64,000 nt of DNA from Nonlabens sp. Hel1_33_55 (GTDB lineage Bacteria > Bacteroidota > Bacteroidia > Flavobacteriales > Flavobacteriaceae): contig NZ_LT627735.1 in assembly GCF_900101765.1 (NCBI RefSeq), positions 2,331,344 to 2,395,343 of the forward strand. The letters are read 5' to 3'. How positions within the stretch are numbered: position 1 is the stretch's first letter; every line of letters begins with the position of its first letter. Both the position numbers and the translations under genes were made by a program. Positions 53,851 through 63,238 of this stretch are shown here, piece after piece. The notes beneath the pieces are model-generated. The model was not told the origin of the DNA, did no database searches, and saw only the letters and a program-made list of their open reading frames with translations.

Positions 53851-56025
53851 TTAGAAAGTTAATGTTACTCCAGTCAAAAAGTTAATTCCAGCCTGTGGGA
53901 ACAAGAAACTACCAAATCCTGGGAAAACATAACCGTTGGAAATGTATTCTTCATCCAGAATATTATTGACCAGCAAACTCAGGGTAACTTCCTTGACCAG
54001 ATTGTTCGGCTTCCAGATGTATTGTGCGTTGAAATCGTTGACAAAATAACTATCCAATCTTGCCGTATCACTATCCGTATTATCCAATTGCTGCTCGCCC
54101 ACATATTTAGACAATAGCGATACTTCAAAATTATCACGAATGCTATAGGTGATCGCATTACCAGCAACAACTGATGGTGAGTAAGCAATTTCAGTATCGC
54201 CTAGATTGTTGGGCGTACCATTATCGTCTATTATAAAGTCTTGGTTTCGGTTTTGGGAAATTGCAAAATTGGGTTGCAGGAATAACTTGTCGGTTATTCT
54301 GAATCTTGCATCGATCTCAAGTCCCAACCGATAGCTATTACCACTATTGGCTCTCAATGGCACACCTTGATTATCAATTTCACCAGTCAACACCAGTTGA
54401 TCCTTGTAATCCATATAATAAAGGTTGACATTGACGTTCATGGAAGGTTTGGCAAAGCGGTAGCCCAATTCATAATCGATCAAATCCTCTGCTTCTGGAG
54501 AGCCGTTCTGGAAATCTGCACGGCTGGGTTCTCTTTGTGCGCGAGCGACACTACCGTACAGCTGGTTACTTGGGTTGAACCTGTAAACAGCACCTGCTTT
54601 TGGGTTGAAAAAATCGTAACGCTCATCAGTTAAAAATTGGTCTACTGCAAAATCACTTCCCGTAGTGTTGTAATCCACACGACGTTGCTGCAAGTCAATG
54701 AATGCTGTTAGTTCAGAGGATATTTTGAAGTTCGCTTTCGCGAAAGCGTTAAAATCATTCTTCACGCTATTACCGGTATAAAATCGCTGCAACGGTTCGT
54801 TGAGCTGTATAAAACTGCCCGCGATAATCTCACCATAATGCTCACCGTCATACTGATTGATTCCAGCACCAAAACTTGCGTCTATCCAGTCATTCTTGTA
54901 GTTAAGGTTAGTCACAACACCATAAAACTCATTGTCCAACCAGCGGCGTGTCTCCAGATCACTACTGGTCACCGTCATTCCATTCGCCTGAAAAGCATCC
55001 AACCCATAGACGTCAAATTGGGTTCTTCCAGCAGCATCAAAGAAAAAATCACTCTCTTGATATTCCTGGAAGTAGCCACGTCCTTTTGTGTAATGCAAAG
55101 TGGCACTGGCACTCCAGTTGTTATTGAATCTATGGCTCAATAGCAACTGGTAGTGATCTTGATTGTAGTTATCTACCTGCGCGTCATAGAATTGAGTGTT
55201 ACCATTTTCATCTATGTACAATCCTGCGCTATTGAAGGTGCGATCAGTTTCGAGCGTAACTGGATCAATACCATAATATGCTTGATACGTGCGTTCCTGA
55301 CCTCCAAAGATGATGGCTTTGACCAATGTTTTATCACCTACATAAGAACCGGAAACATAATAGGATTTCAGGTCGCTATCTGCGCGATCGATGTAACCAT
55401 CGCTATAGATCTGTGAAGCGCGGCCGTTAAATTCCCAGCGGTCATCCAGCAACCCTGTGGTGAACTGGATGTTATGCTTGCGTGAGTTAAAAGAGCCAAT
55501 GGAATTGGCCACTTTAACCTCAGCTTCATCGCTGTAGTCCGTGGTTTTTATGTTGAGACTTGCGCCAAAAGCACCGCTACCATTAGTACTGGTACCAACG
55601 CCGCGTTGCAGCTGCACACTTTCTACACTGCTGGAAAAGTCAGGTAAATTGACCCAGAAGGTTCCCTGGGATTCTGCATCATTGTAGGGAACACCGTTGA
55701 GTGTCACGTTGACTCTTGTGGCATCACTACCTCGCACGCGTATTCCCGTATAACCTATTCCAGCACCGGCATCACTTGTAGTAACCACGTTAGGCAAATA
55801 ATTGAGTAAAATAGGTAGGTCCTGACCTAGATTTCTCGACTTGAGATCCTCTGCCGTGACGTTAGAAAAGGTTACTGGATTTTCTGTAGTTACTCGTGTG
55901 GCTTTGAGAACAATTTGGTTGAGCTTTTCAGCTTTAGTGGTGTCTTGTTCCTGCGCGTTTTGTGCTGTTACCGTGCTGGATAGTGTTAATGCAACGGCAA
56001 TTACAGCGACTGATAAATGTTTCAT
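53851..56025 (-). CDS. TonB-dependent receptor (probable thiamine/thiamine-precursor outer membrane transporter)
   Basis: Signal peptide, a plug domain and a 22-strand barrel with C-terminal ...GVTLTF. Preceded by a TPP riboswitch. Confidence 0.85.
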   Translation of the reverse strand: MKHLSVAVIAVALTLSSTVTAQNAQEQDTTKAEKLNQIVLKATRVTTENPVTFSNVTAEDLKSRNLGQDLPILLNYLPNVVTTSDAGAGIGYTGIRVRGSDATRVNVTLNGVPYNDAESQGTFWVNLPDFSSSVESVQLQRGVGTSTNGSGAFGASLNIKTTDYSDEAEVKVANSIGSFNSRKHNIQFTTGLLDDRWEFNGRASQIYSDGYIDRADSDLKSYYVSGSYVGDKTLVKAIIFGGQERTYQAYYGIDPVTLETDRTFNSAGLYIDENGNTQFYDAQVDNYNQDHYQLLLSHRFNNNWSASATLHYTKGRGYFQEYQESDFFFDAAGRTQFDVYGLDAFQANGMTVTSSDLETRRWLDNEFYGVVTNLNYKNDWIDASFGAGINQYDGEHYGEIIAGSFIQLNEPLQRFYTGNSVKNDFNAFAKANFKISSELTAFIDLQQRRVDYNTTGSDFAVDQFLTDERYDFFNPKAGAVYRFNPSNQLYGSVARAQREPSRADFQNGSPEAEDLIDYELGYRFAKPSMNVNVNLYYMDYKDQLVLTGEIDNQGVPLRANSGNSYRLGLEIDARFRITDKLFLQPNFAISQNRNQDFIIDDNGTPNNLGDTEIAYSPSVVAGNAITYSIRDNFEVSLLSKYVGEQQLDNTDSDTARLDSYFVNDFNAQYIWKPNNLVKEVTLSLLVNNILDEEYISNGYVFPGFGSFLFPQAGINFLTGVTLTF
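54733..54748. repeat. 16-bp palindrome (perfect), in the TonB receptor CDS (AFAKA)
   Basis: Exact match. Confidence 0.95.
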
Positions 56026-56139
56026 GTGAACTTGTTTTAAGTTCGAATGAAAGGGGCATTCAATCGGTCGTGATTAAAATTAAAAATGTTTGAGAGGATT
56101 CTCTTTTTTACGCCACAAACCAATCTCGACTGTCGCTCG

Positions 56140-56245
56140 AATCGGTTTGTCGCATCAAATCCCTTGGCAGCATTACCTGCCCAGGTTCCTCGGGTATAAT
56201 CTCAGCCTTCGATTAAAAAAGCACCCCTTGAGATGGAGCAAAAGT
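56140..56245 (-). promoter_or_regulatory. TPP (thiamine pyrophosphate, THI-box) riboswitch
   Basis: The minus-strand RNA AAGGGGUGC...GGCUGAGAUUAUACCCGAGGAACCUGGGCAGGUAAUGCUGCCAAGGGA carries the conserved THI-box elements GGGGUGC / CUGAGA / UACCC / ACCUG / GUAAUGC / AGGGA. Confidence 0.8.
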
Positions 56246-56299
56246 AGTGTGTAAAATCAAAACCTAAATCAAAATGAAAAATAATTTTGAGGAATGTTT

Positions 56300-56315
56300 C
56301 GCTTTCGCGAAAGCG
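56300..56315. repeat. 16-bp palindrome (perfect), in the divergent TPP-riboswitch / PLDc_N promoter region
   Basis: Exact match. Confidence 0.95.
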
Positions 56316-56428
56316 AAATAGAGACATTCCATAAGTGAAAGGAATCTAGCAGGTTAAATGTTGTGGCAAACGTTAATTGCTGCTGTAGATATGAGCCGTG
56401 GTGTAATTTTACAGCAACCGAATAAATT

Positions 56429-56641
56429 ATGTATTCTTCTCCTATTTATTATCTCGCGCCACTGCTTGTTGCCTTATGGTTTTACTGTATCTATGATATC
56501 GTACAGGGTAAATTTGATACAGGAAAAGAAAAGTTGACTTATTTCCTGCTCCTTCTTATCCTACCAATTATTGGAATACCAGTGTACCTGATTGTGGGTA
56601 AGAGACATAAACGTGGGAAACTGGACAAGTCGCTTTTTTAG
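56429..56641 (+). CDS. PLD-nuclease N-terminal domain (PLDc_N) small membrane protein
   Basis: 70 aa with 2 TM segments (WFYCIYDIVQ ... PIIGIPVYLIVGKR); paralog at 57648. Confidence 0.5.
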   Translation: MYSSPIYYLAPLLVALWFYCIYDIVQGKFDTGKEKLTYFLLLLILPIIGIPVYLIVGKRHKRGKLDKSLF

Positions 56642-56724
56642 ATTCTGCTAAAATTTCTATCTTTCAATATATGTGATACGCCTATTAAGGCATTTCACGT
56701 TTTATCTATTTTACTATTTTAAAG

Positions 56725-57600
56725 ATGTCCAATACTGGTTTAATTATAGAAGAACGCAGTCGCGATATAGGTGACTTTCTCGTAGGTCGATTGATACCAT
56801 TTCGTAAGAAGCGCATGGTTGGTCCGTTTATTTTTATAGATCACATGGGTCCAGAAGCTTTGGGACCTGACCAATATATGGATATTGATCAGCATCCGCA
56901 TATTGGGTTATCGACCTTGACTTATTTGATGGAAGGTGAAATCACACATCAGGACGGTATAGGCACGAACCAAATTATCAAACCAGGATCTGTCAACTGG
57001 ATGGTTGGTGGTAAAGGCGTCACGCACACAGAGCGTACACCTCAACACCTGCGAGATTCCGCAGCCGAATTTACCATGCACGGTTACCAGATTTGGGTGG
57101 CGTTGCCCAAAGACCTTGAAGATTGTGAGCCAGAATTTCACCACATCGATGCAGATGCGTTGCCTGTATGGGAAGATGCAGGAGCTACCTTCAAGCTGGT
57201 CGCTGGAAAAGGCTATGGTAAGGAATCGCCAGTTCCGGTTCATTCTGAACTTTTTATGATTGATATAAAAACTGAAAGCGATTATCATCTAAACGTAGCT
57301 GGCAATCTAAAAGGCGAGATAGGAATCACCATTGTTACCGGTAACGTGACGGCTTGTGGCGACTTGATTGAAGCAGGAAATATGCTAGTCAGTAAAACGG
57401 AAGATATTTGCAATATCACCATCAAGGCTGGAAGCCATATTTTGATATTTGGCGGTGAGCCGTTCCCTGAAGAGCGCCACATCTATTGGAATTTTGTAAG
57501 CCATTCCAAAGACAAGATTGAAGCTGCAAAACAAGCCTGGAAAGACAAGACCTTTCCCATGATGAAAAATGATGATAGTTATGTGGCGATGCCGGAATAG
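56725..57600 (+). CDS. Pirin-family protein
   Basis: Cupin metal-site motifs (HPHIGLSTLTYLMEGEITHQDGIG). Confidence 0.8.
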   Translation: MSNTGLIIEERSRDIGDFLVGRLIPFRKKRMVGPFIFIDHMGPEALGPDQYMDIDQHPHIGLSTLTYLMEGEITHQDGIGTNQIIKPGSVNWMVGGKGVTHTERTPQHLRDSAAEFTMHGYQIWVALPKDLEDCEPEFHHIDADALPVWEDAGATFKLVAGKGYGKESPVPVHSELFMIDIKTESDYHLNVAGNLKGEIGITIVTGNVTACGDLIEAGNMLVSKTEDICNITIKAGSHILIFGGEPFPEERHIYWNFVSHSKDKIEAAKQAWKDKTFPMMKNDDSYVAMPE

Positions 57601-57647
57601 CAATTCACAATTTTATCTAAAAAACCTATATTTAAAAAAGTTTCTTC

Positions 57648-57866
57648 ATGGACGGATTTTTTCCTGCTAGCTTATTTGTGTTTTTAGGTCTTTTTTTAAT
57701 GGGCTTATGGGTCTACTGCATTATAGACATTGCTCGCAGCACATTTCGAAAAGATGACAATAAATTGATCTATATTCTAGTAGTAGTTCTTGCGCCAGTA
57801 ATTGGAATTTTACTTTACTTAGCTATTTGGCAAAAGGAAAAGGTGACATTACCAAGAGATATTTAA
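57648..57866 (+). CDS. PLDc_N-family small membrane protein (paralog)
   Basis: LWVYCIIDIARS ... APVIGILLYLAIWQ. Confidence 0.5.
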   Translation: MDGFFPASLFVFLGLFLMGLWVYCIIDIARSTFRKDDNKLIYILVVVLAPVIGILLYLAIWQKEKVTLPRDI

Positions 57867-57869
57867 AAC

Positions 57870-58385
57870 ATGTGCCTCACTAAGAAGTGCTACTTTGCCT
57901 TATTTCTATTCATCTCATTTTTGGCCTTTCCACAAGAATCTCAAACAGACGATAGTTACTACGATTCAATTAATATTCAGGCTGGTTATCAGCTGAATTT
58001 TGAAGGACCCAACGATCGTAACTTCCATCTTCTAGATGTAGGTATCCATAAATTAAGGTATGGCGGTCGCCACGGTAGCGGATTTCAATACGGCATCAGT
58101 ACAGAAATAGGTCTTAATACAGAATCCTTTATCCTAGGCCCAAAAGTTACTGGCTTGATCTATTATCAGATTCTAGTCTTGGGTAACGAACTTGTCACCT
58201 ATACCGATTTTGATTCTTGGTCTTTGAGGTATGTTCCTATTTTTGGAATAGGTGGAAATGGTTTTTCATTAACCTTAAGACCTCAAGTGATTTTGACCAA
58301 CGACAACTTCAAACCAGTAAATAAAATAGGCGCTCACTTAAGTGCAGTGATACCTCTTTTCAAAGAAAAGATGACGAGGAATTGA
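57870..58385 (+). CDS. Secreted hypothetical protein (possible small OM beta-barrel)
   Basis: Signal peptide; beta-rich. Confidence 0.35.
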   Translation: MCLTKKCYFALFLFISFLAFPQESQTDDSYYDSINIQAGYQLNFEGPNDRNFHLLDVGIHKLRYGGRHGSGFQYGISTEIGLNTESFILGPKVTGLIYYQILVLGNELVTYTDFDSWSLRYVPIFGIGGNGFSLTLRPQVILTNDNFKPVNKIGAHLSAVIPLFKEKMTRN

Positions 58386-58490
58386 GTTTACTGATGGTAA
58401 AGTATTGTTAGCAACAGTTGTTGCGAGTCATACATTGCTTAACTTGTAGGAAATCGCTTTAAAGCGATGAATTAATTTAAAAAGAAAACT

Positions 58491-58628
58491 ATGAAAACGC
58501 CAAACTTCGAAGAAACTAAAGGAAAACACCCAATACCTCACGCAAAAGGAATCGCTAAAGACGACAACCTACAGCCAAATTCCATGGAAAAAGGAGAAGC
58601 TGCAAAAAACAGTAGCGAGGAAGAGTAG
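58491..58628 (+). CDS. Possible small acidic/basic protein (45 aa)
   Basis: Below the ORF-track size cutoff. ATG with an A-rich upstream region, followed by a strong terminator hairpin. Encodes MKTPNFEETKGKHPIPHAKGIAKDDNLQPNSMEKGEAAKNSSEEE. Confidence 0.25.
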   Translation: MKTPNFEETKGKHPIPHAKGIAKDDNLQPNSMEKGEAAKNSSEEE

Positions 58629-58654
58629 GTTTTAGAATAATTCTACTGAAAAAT

Positions 58655-58694
58655 CAAAAGGTGCGGAATTAATTCCGCACCTTTTGATTTTTAT
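58655..58694. terminator. Bidirectional rho-independent terminator
   Basis: AAAAGGTGCGGAATTAATTCCGCACCTTTTGATTTTT (10-bp perfect stem). Confidence 0.75.
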
Positions 58695-58698
58695 TATG

Positions 58699-60786
58699 TT
58701 ACGCTATCGTTGCACCATTCACAATCGTATCATCTGGATTGACAAAAACTAGTTTTCCGTCGGGATCCTCGGCAAGTAGGATCATTCCTTGAGATTCTAC
58801 GCCCATCAACTTTCTAGGTGCAAGGTTTGCTAGGACGGTTACTTTTCTGCCTACCAATTCTTCAGCCGTGTAGTGTTTTGCGATTCCTGAAACGATAGTA
58901 CGCTTATCAATACCTGTATCGACTGTCATTACCATCAATTTGTTGGACTTGGGCAATTTTTCTGCAGTGAGGATTTCTGCGACGCGTAGGTCCATTTTCA
59001 TGAAATCGTCGTAGTTGGTTTCTTCTTTCTGTGGCATAAGATTAGGTGTTGTGGATTTGTTGGCAGCTTTGGTAGCTTCTAGTTTGGCGAGCTGCGCTTC
59101 TATTTGTTCGTCTTCGATTTTAGAGAAGAGCAATTCGGCTGGATTGATTTTGTAGCCGTGGTGCAACAGCTCTTGTTTTTCAGCAATATCATTCCATTCG
59201 ATCTTGACCAGATCTGCACGCAATCTGGCAGCAGGATTTGAAGCGATGTTAAGCATGTTTTGTAATTTCTTAGCCGTATGAGGCAAGAACGGTTCTGCAA
59301 GAACGGCAAGAGCTGCAGCAATTTGCAAGCCGACGAACATGATCGTTTTTACACGTTCTGGATCGGTTTTGATGATTTTCCAAGGCTCTTCATCGGCTAG
59401 GTATTTGTTTCCTAATCGTGCAAGGTTCATGAACTCGTTGGCGCTTTCGCGAAAGCGATATCTCTCCAAACTACTTTCTATACTGGCTGGAAAAGCATTG
59501 ACCGCATCCAGTGTTTCTTGATCAATGGCGGTAAATGCGCCAGGTTCTGGCACTACTCCATCGTAATATTTATGGGTCAATACCAGCGCCCGATTGATGA
59601 AATTACCAAGGATGGCCACCAACTCATTGTTGTTGCGCGCCTGGAAATCTTTCCAAGTGAAATTGTTGTCCTTAGTTTCCGGTGAGTTTGCCGTTAATAC
59701 ATAGCGCAACACATCTTGTTGTCCCGGGAAATCCTCGAGGTATTCATGCAACCAAACCGCCCAATTGCGCGAGGTCGAAATTTTATCGTCTTCTAGATTC
59801 AAGAATTCGTTTGCTGGAACATTGTCCGGCAAAATGAACTCGCCATGCGCCTTCAACATCGCAGGGAAAATGATGCAATGAAAAACGATGTTGTCCTTGC
59901 CTATAAAATGAAGCAGTTTAGTGTCGTCCTTCTTCCAGTAATCCTCCCAATTCTTGCCTTCTCGATCTGCCCATTCCTTAGTGGACGATATATAACCGAT
60001 GGGTGCGTCGAACCAAACGTAAAGCACTTTACCATCGGCTCCTTCAACGGGAACAGGAATTCCCCAATCCAGATCGCGCGTTACTGCGCGAGGTTTGAGA
60101 CCGTCAGTCACCCAACCTTTTACTTGGCCCAACACGTTAGTTTTCCAGTCGGCAGCATGGCCTTCTACTATCCATTCATTCAACCAGTCGCTGTATTGAT
60201 CCAGCGGCAGGAACCAGTGTTTGGTCTCGCGCAATTCTGGAACATTGCCGGTGATGGCGCTTTTTGGCTCTATTAAATCAGTAGCGTTGTGGGACGTACC
60301 GCAGCGCTCGCATTGATCGCCGTATGATTCTGGGTTGCCGCATTTAGGACAAGTTCCTACCACAAAACGGTCGGCTAGAAATTGGTTGGCTTCTGCATCA
60401 TACAGCTGCTCTGTAACTTGTTCTATAAACTTGCCGTCGTCATATAATTTGATGAAAAAGGCACTTGCAGTTTCGTGGTGAATAGGCGCACTGGTACGGC
60501 TGTAATTGTCAAACGAAATTCCAAATTCTTCAAAAGAATCACCAATAATTTTATGGTAGCGATCCACAATTTCTTGTGGCGATACACCTTCTTTTTTGGC
60601 CTTTAAAGTAATGGGCACACCATGCTCATCACTACCGCAAATAAAGGCTACATCGTTGCCTTTCAACCGCTGGTAACGCGCATAGATATCTGCTGGGACG
60701 TAAACTCCAGCCAGGTGACCTATGTGCACAGGTCCATTTGTATACGGCAATGCCGCTGTAATCGTATATCGTTGTTGATCGCTCAT
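58699..60786 (-). CDS. metG: Methionine--tRNA ligase
   Basis: HIGH ([14 protein letters not shown]), a zinc knuckle (CPKCGNP..C..CG), KMSKS-equivalent region, and a C-terminal EMAP/tRNA-binding domain. The ORF is open to 60897; the likely start is the Met at 60786 ([15 protein letters not shown]). Confidence 0.9.
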   Translation of the reverse strand: MSDQQRYTITAALPYTNGPVHIGHLAGVYVPADIYARYQRLKGNDVAFICGSDEHGVPITLKAKKEGVSPQEIVDRYHKIIGDSFEEFGISFDNYSRTSAPIHHETASAFFIKLYDDGKFIEQVTEQLYDAEANQFLADRFVVGTCPKCGNPESYGDQCERCGTSHNATDLIEPKSAITGNVPELRETKHWFLPLDQYSDWLNEWIVEGHAADWKTNVLGQVKGWVTDGLKPRAVTRDLDWGIPVPVEGADGKVLYVWFDAPIGYISSTKEWADREGKNWEDYWKKDDTKLLHFIGKDNIVFHCIIFPAMLKAHGEFILPDNVPANEFLNLEDDKISTSRNWAVWLHEYLEDFPGQQDVLRYVLTANSPETKDNNFTWKDFQARNNNELVAILGNFINRALVLTHKYYDGVVPEPGAFTAIDQETLDAVNAFPASIESSLERYRFRESANEFMNLARLGNKYLADEEPWKIIKTDPERVKTIMFVGLQIAAALAVLAEPFLPHTAKKLQNMLNIASNPAARLRADLVKIEWNDIAEKQELLHHGYKINPAELLFSKIEDEQIEAQLAKLEATKAANKSTTPNLMPQKEETNYDDFMKMDLRVAEILTAEKLPKSNKLMVMTVDTGIDKRTIVSGIAKHYTAEELVGRKVTVLANLAPRKLMGVESQGMILLAEDPDGKLVFVNPDDTIVNGATIA
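59442..59457. repeat. 16-bp palindrome (perfect), in the metG CDS (RFRES)
   Basis: Exact match. Confidence 0.95.
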
Positions 60787-60868
60787 GAAATCTCTAAAAG
60801 GCCACAAATTTACAATATCTGTGGCAGCTTTAATGTTCTGTTGGGAGCAGTAATGAATGTAATGAATT

Positions 60869-60884
60869 AGCTTTCGCGAAAGCG
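60869..60884. repeat. 16-bp palindrome, 15/16 copy in the divergent metG / lipoprotein promoter region
   Basis: AGCTTTCGCGAAAGCG. Confidence 0.8.
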
Positions 60885-60902
60885 AGTTCCTTAGCATTCC
60901 TC

Positions 60903-61520
60903 ATGAAAAACTTCATCCTTCTTCTTACCGTGATCTTGATTGCAATAAGTTGCAAAGATAAAGAGCCGCAAATATTGGAAACTAGCATTCCCGCTGCTGA
61001 GAATGCTCAAGAAGCAGCTTACTGGACTCTCGAGAATCTCGGCACTGAAATACGTAATGGATCCTACAAAAACACGTATCATGATCTTGATATGAATGAG
61101 GCCAGTATGAATTTTGAGGAAGGAACGGTAACGCGTAAAGTTCTTTTCCTGGGAGAAGGAACGTCTGACGAGCTATTGATATCTTTTGAGGATGGTGCAG
61201 CCTATAAAATTTATGTGTCCAATCGCGGCAGATGGCGCCTTGAAAATGGCATCCAAATAGGCACTTCACTTGAAAAGCTGAATGAAATCAATGGTACCAA
61301 CGTGAAATTTGCGGGTTTTGAATGGGACAATAGTGGCTATGTGTTGTTTGAAAACGGTGCTATCGATAAGGATCGATATTCCATTTCATTGTCTCCCAAC
61401 TATGACGATATCCCGCAAGATGCTGTGACTGAGTTTCTAGGCAGTACTATCTATGATTCTGCCAGCCCTAATGTTGAAAACCTTCAGCTTTATGTAGATC
61501 GTATGATATATAAATTTTAA
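60903..61520 (+). CDS. Hypothetical lipoprotein
   Basis: Lipobox IAISCKDKEP; weak paralogy with the ORF at 61558. Confidence 0.4.
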   Translation: MKNFILLLTVILIAISCKDKEPQILETSIPAAENAQEAAYWTLENLGTEIRNGSYKNTYHDLDMNEASMNFEEGTVTRKVLFLGEGTSDELLISFEDGAAYKIYVSNRGRWRLENGIQIGTSLEKLNEINGTNVKFAGFEWDNSGYVLFENGAIDKDRYSISLSPNYDDIPQDAVTEFLGSTIYDSASPNVENLQLYVDRMIYKF

Positions 61521-61557
61521 AATGCACCGCTATATTTGTAGCTGGTAAAATGATTTC

Positions 61558-62142
61558 ATGAAAAAGATATTGCTCCTATTTGTTGCTATTGCCATAGCTT
61601 CCTGTCAAAAAGATAAAGAACCTATTGACCCATGGGATGCTCCATCTCTTGTGGAGCAAATTGCTACCAATCAAAATTGGGAAGATGAGTACAGCGACGC
61701 AAATATTACTGAAGAAACCAAATTTGTCGATGAATACGGTGGTGTAAGAACCGTAATGACACTGTATCCTGGTACACTGGATGAATTAACCGTCATATAT
61801 AATGATTCCCTACCACAAGAATTATATTGGAACAAGTCTGGACAATGGACAACACCCTATGGCAAAGTGGGCGACCCTATCGAGGTCTTACAGAAAGCAA
61901 ATAACGCTCCTATCTCATTTTATGGTTTGGGATATGACCTACCCGGAAAGGTCAAAATCGATAGTGGCCAAATCGCTGACAAGAAAATCACCTATACGGT
62001 CAGACCTACATCTGACGTGATCCCATCAGAATATTACAGTTATAATAGTTTTGATTTGTCCTCCAAAGAATCCCAAGATTTGAAACTCTTTATAAACAGG
62101 ATTCAGATTGAGATTCCTAAGACAGCCACTACTACTCAGTAG
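61558..62142 (+). CDS. Hypothetical lipoprotein (paralog)
   Basis: Lipobox IAIASCQKDKEP. Confidence 0.4.
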   Translation: MKKILLLFVAIAIASCQKDKEPIDPWDAPSLVEQIATNQNWEDEYSDANITEETKFVDEYGGVRTVMTLYPGTLDELTVIYNDSLPQELYWNKSGQWTTPYGKVGDPIEVLQKANNAPISFYGLGYDLPGKVKIDSGQIADKKITYTVRPTSDVIPSEYYSYNSFDLSSKESQDLKLFINRIQIEIPKTATTTQ

Positions 62143-62326
62143 CTCTATTAATCCTATTTAAGAGAGCAGCTATCAAACGATTGATAGCATTTGCGATAGA
62201 ATCATATAAGGTTTTGATTTACTTCATAACTTCCATTCTTCTATAGTACCAATTATTTTCTAGTATTTTTAATCTAAAGACTGCTGGTCTAATAAAATTT
62301 GCTGTTTTTTAAGGGCAATCTATCTC

Positions 62327-63229
62327 ATGAAAGAATATCAATCGTATCCATTACTTAAGAAAGGTGACCACATTCGCATTTTATGTACCGCAAGATCTGT
62401 TGAAGCAAAAGATTTGAACCTTGCTACGCAATGGGTGGAATCCTTAGGCTACCAAGTAAGTCTAGGAAATACTATTGGAAAACAGCACCATCAATATGGT
62501 GGTTCCAATAAAGAACGCCTCGAGGATTTTATGGACGCGCTAAAAGATGATTCTGTAAATGCAATCTGGATCGCTCGTGGTGGCTATGGCACAGTAAAGA
62601 TTGTAGATAGTATTGATATGGATGTCTTGAAGGGTAGCAATAAGCTATTAATAGGCTATTCTGATGTCACACATTTACATGGATTATGGCAGCAACATGG
62701 TTTACGAAGCTTGCATACGTTCATGCCTAGAGAACTGGAAGAGAAAGCTGATGAAGTGAAAATCAGTTGGAAAAAAGCGGTAGAAGGAAGTCGGCAGGAG
62801 TTTGTAATTCCAAATCACCAAAATTTAAAATCTGAAACCATTAATGCACCCGTTGTAGGTGGTAACCTTTCTGTACTGGTGAGTATGTTGGGATCTCCAA
62901 CTTTTCCAAATGTCGATGGGCACTTTCTATTCTTGGAAGATCTGGATGAATTACGCTATCACATAGACCGCATGATGACCGTTTTGAAACGTGCAGGAAA
63001 ACTAGCCCATTTAAAAGGCTTGATTATTGGAGGTTTTACAGATATCAGGGATCATGAAACTCCGTTTGGCAAGACCGTTGAAGAAATCATTAATGAACAC
63101 ACTACTGACTATGACTATCCTGTCATTTATAATTTCCCAGCAGGTCATGTGGTTGATAACTATAGTTTTGTTCTAGGTAAACAAACTAATGTTATCATTG
63201 AAACAGATAAAATCTTTATCTCACAATAA
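62327..63229 (+). CDS. ldcA: LD-carboxypeptidase (peptidase S66)
   Basis: IARGGYGT and GYSDVTHLH motifs of the S66 family. Confidence 0.8.
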   Translation: MKEYQSYPLLKKGDHIRILCTARSVEAKDLNLATQWVESLGYQVSLGNTIGKQHHQYGGSNKERLEDFMDALKDDSVNAIWIARGGYGTVKIVDSIDMDVLKGSNKLLIGYSDVTHLHGLWQQHGLRSLHTFMPRELEEKADEVKISWKKAVEGSRQEFVIPNHQNLKSETINAPVVGGNLSVLVSMLGSPTFPNVDGHFLFLEDLDELRYHIDRMMTVLKRAGKLAHLKGLIIGGFTDIRDHETPFGKTVEEIINEHTTDYDYPVIYNFPAGHVVDNYSFVLGKQTNVIIETDKIFISQ

Positions 63230-63238
63230 TCGTTTCAA

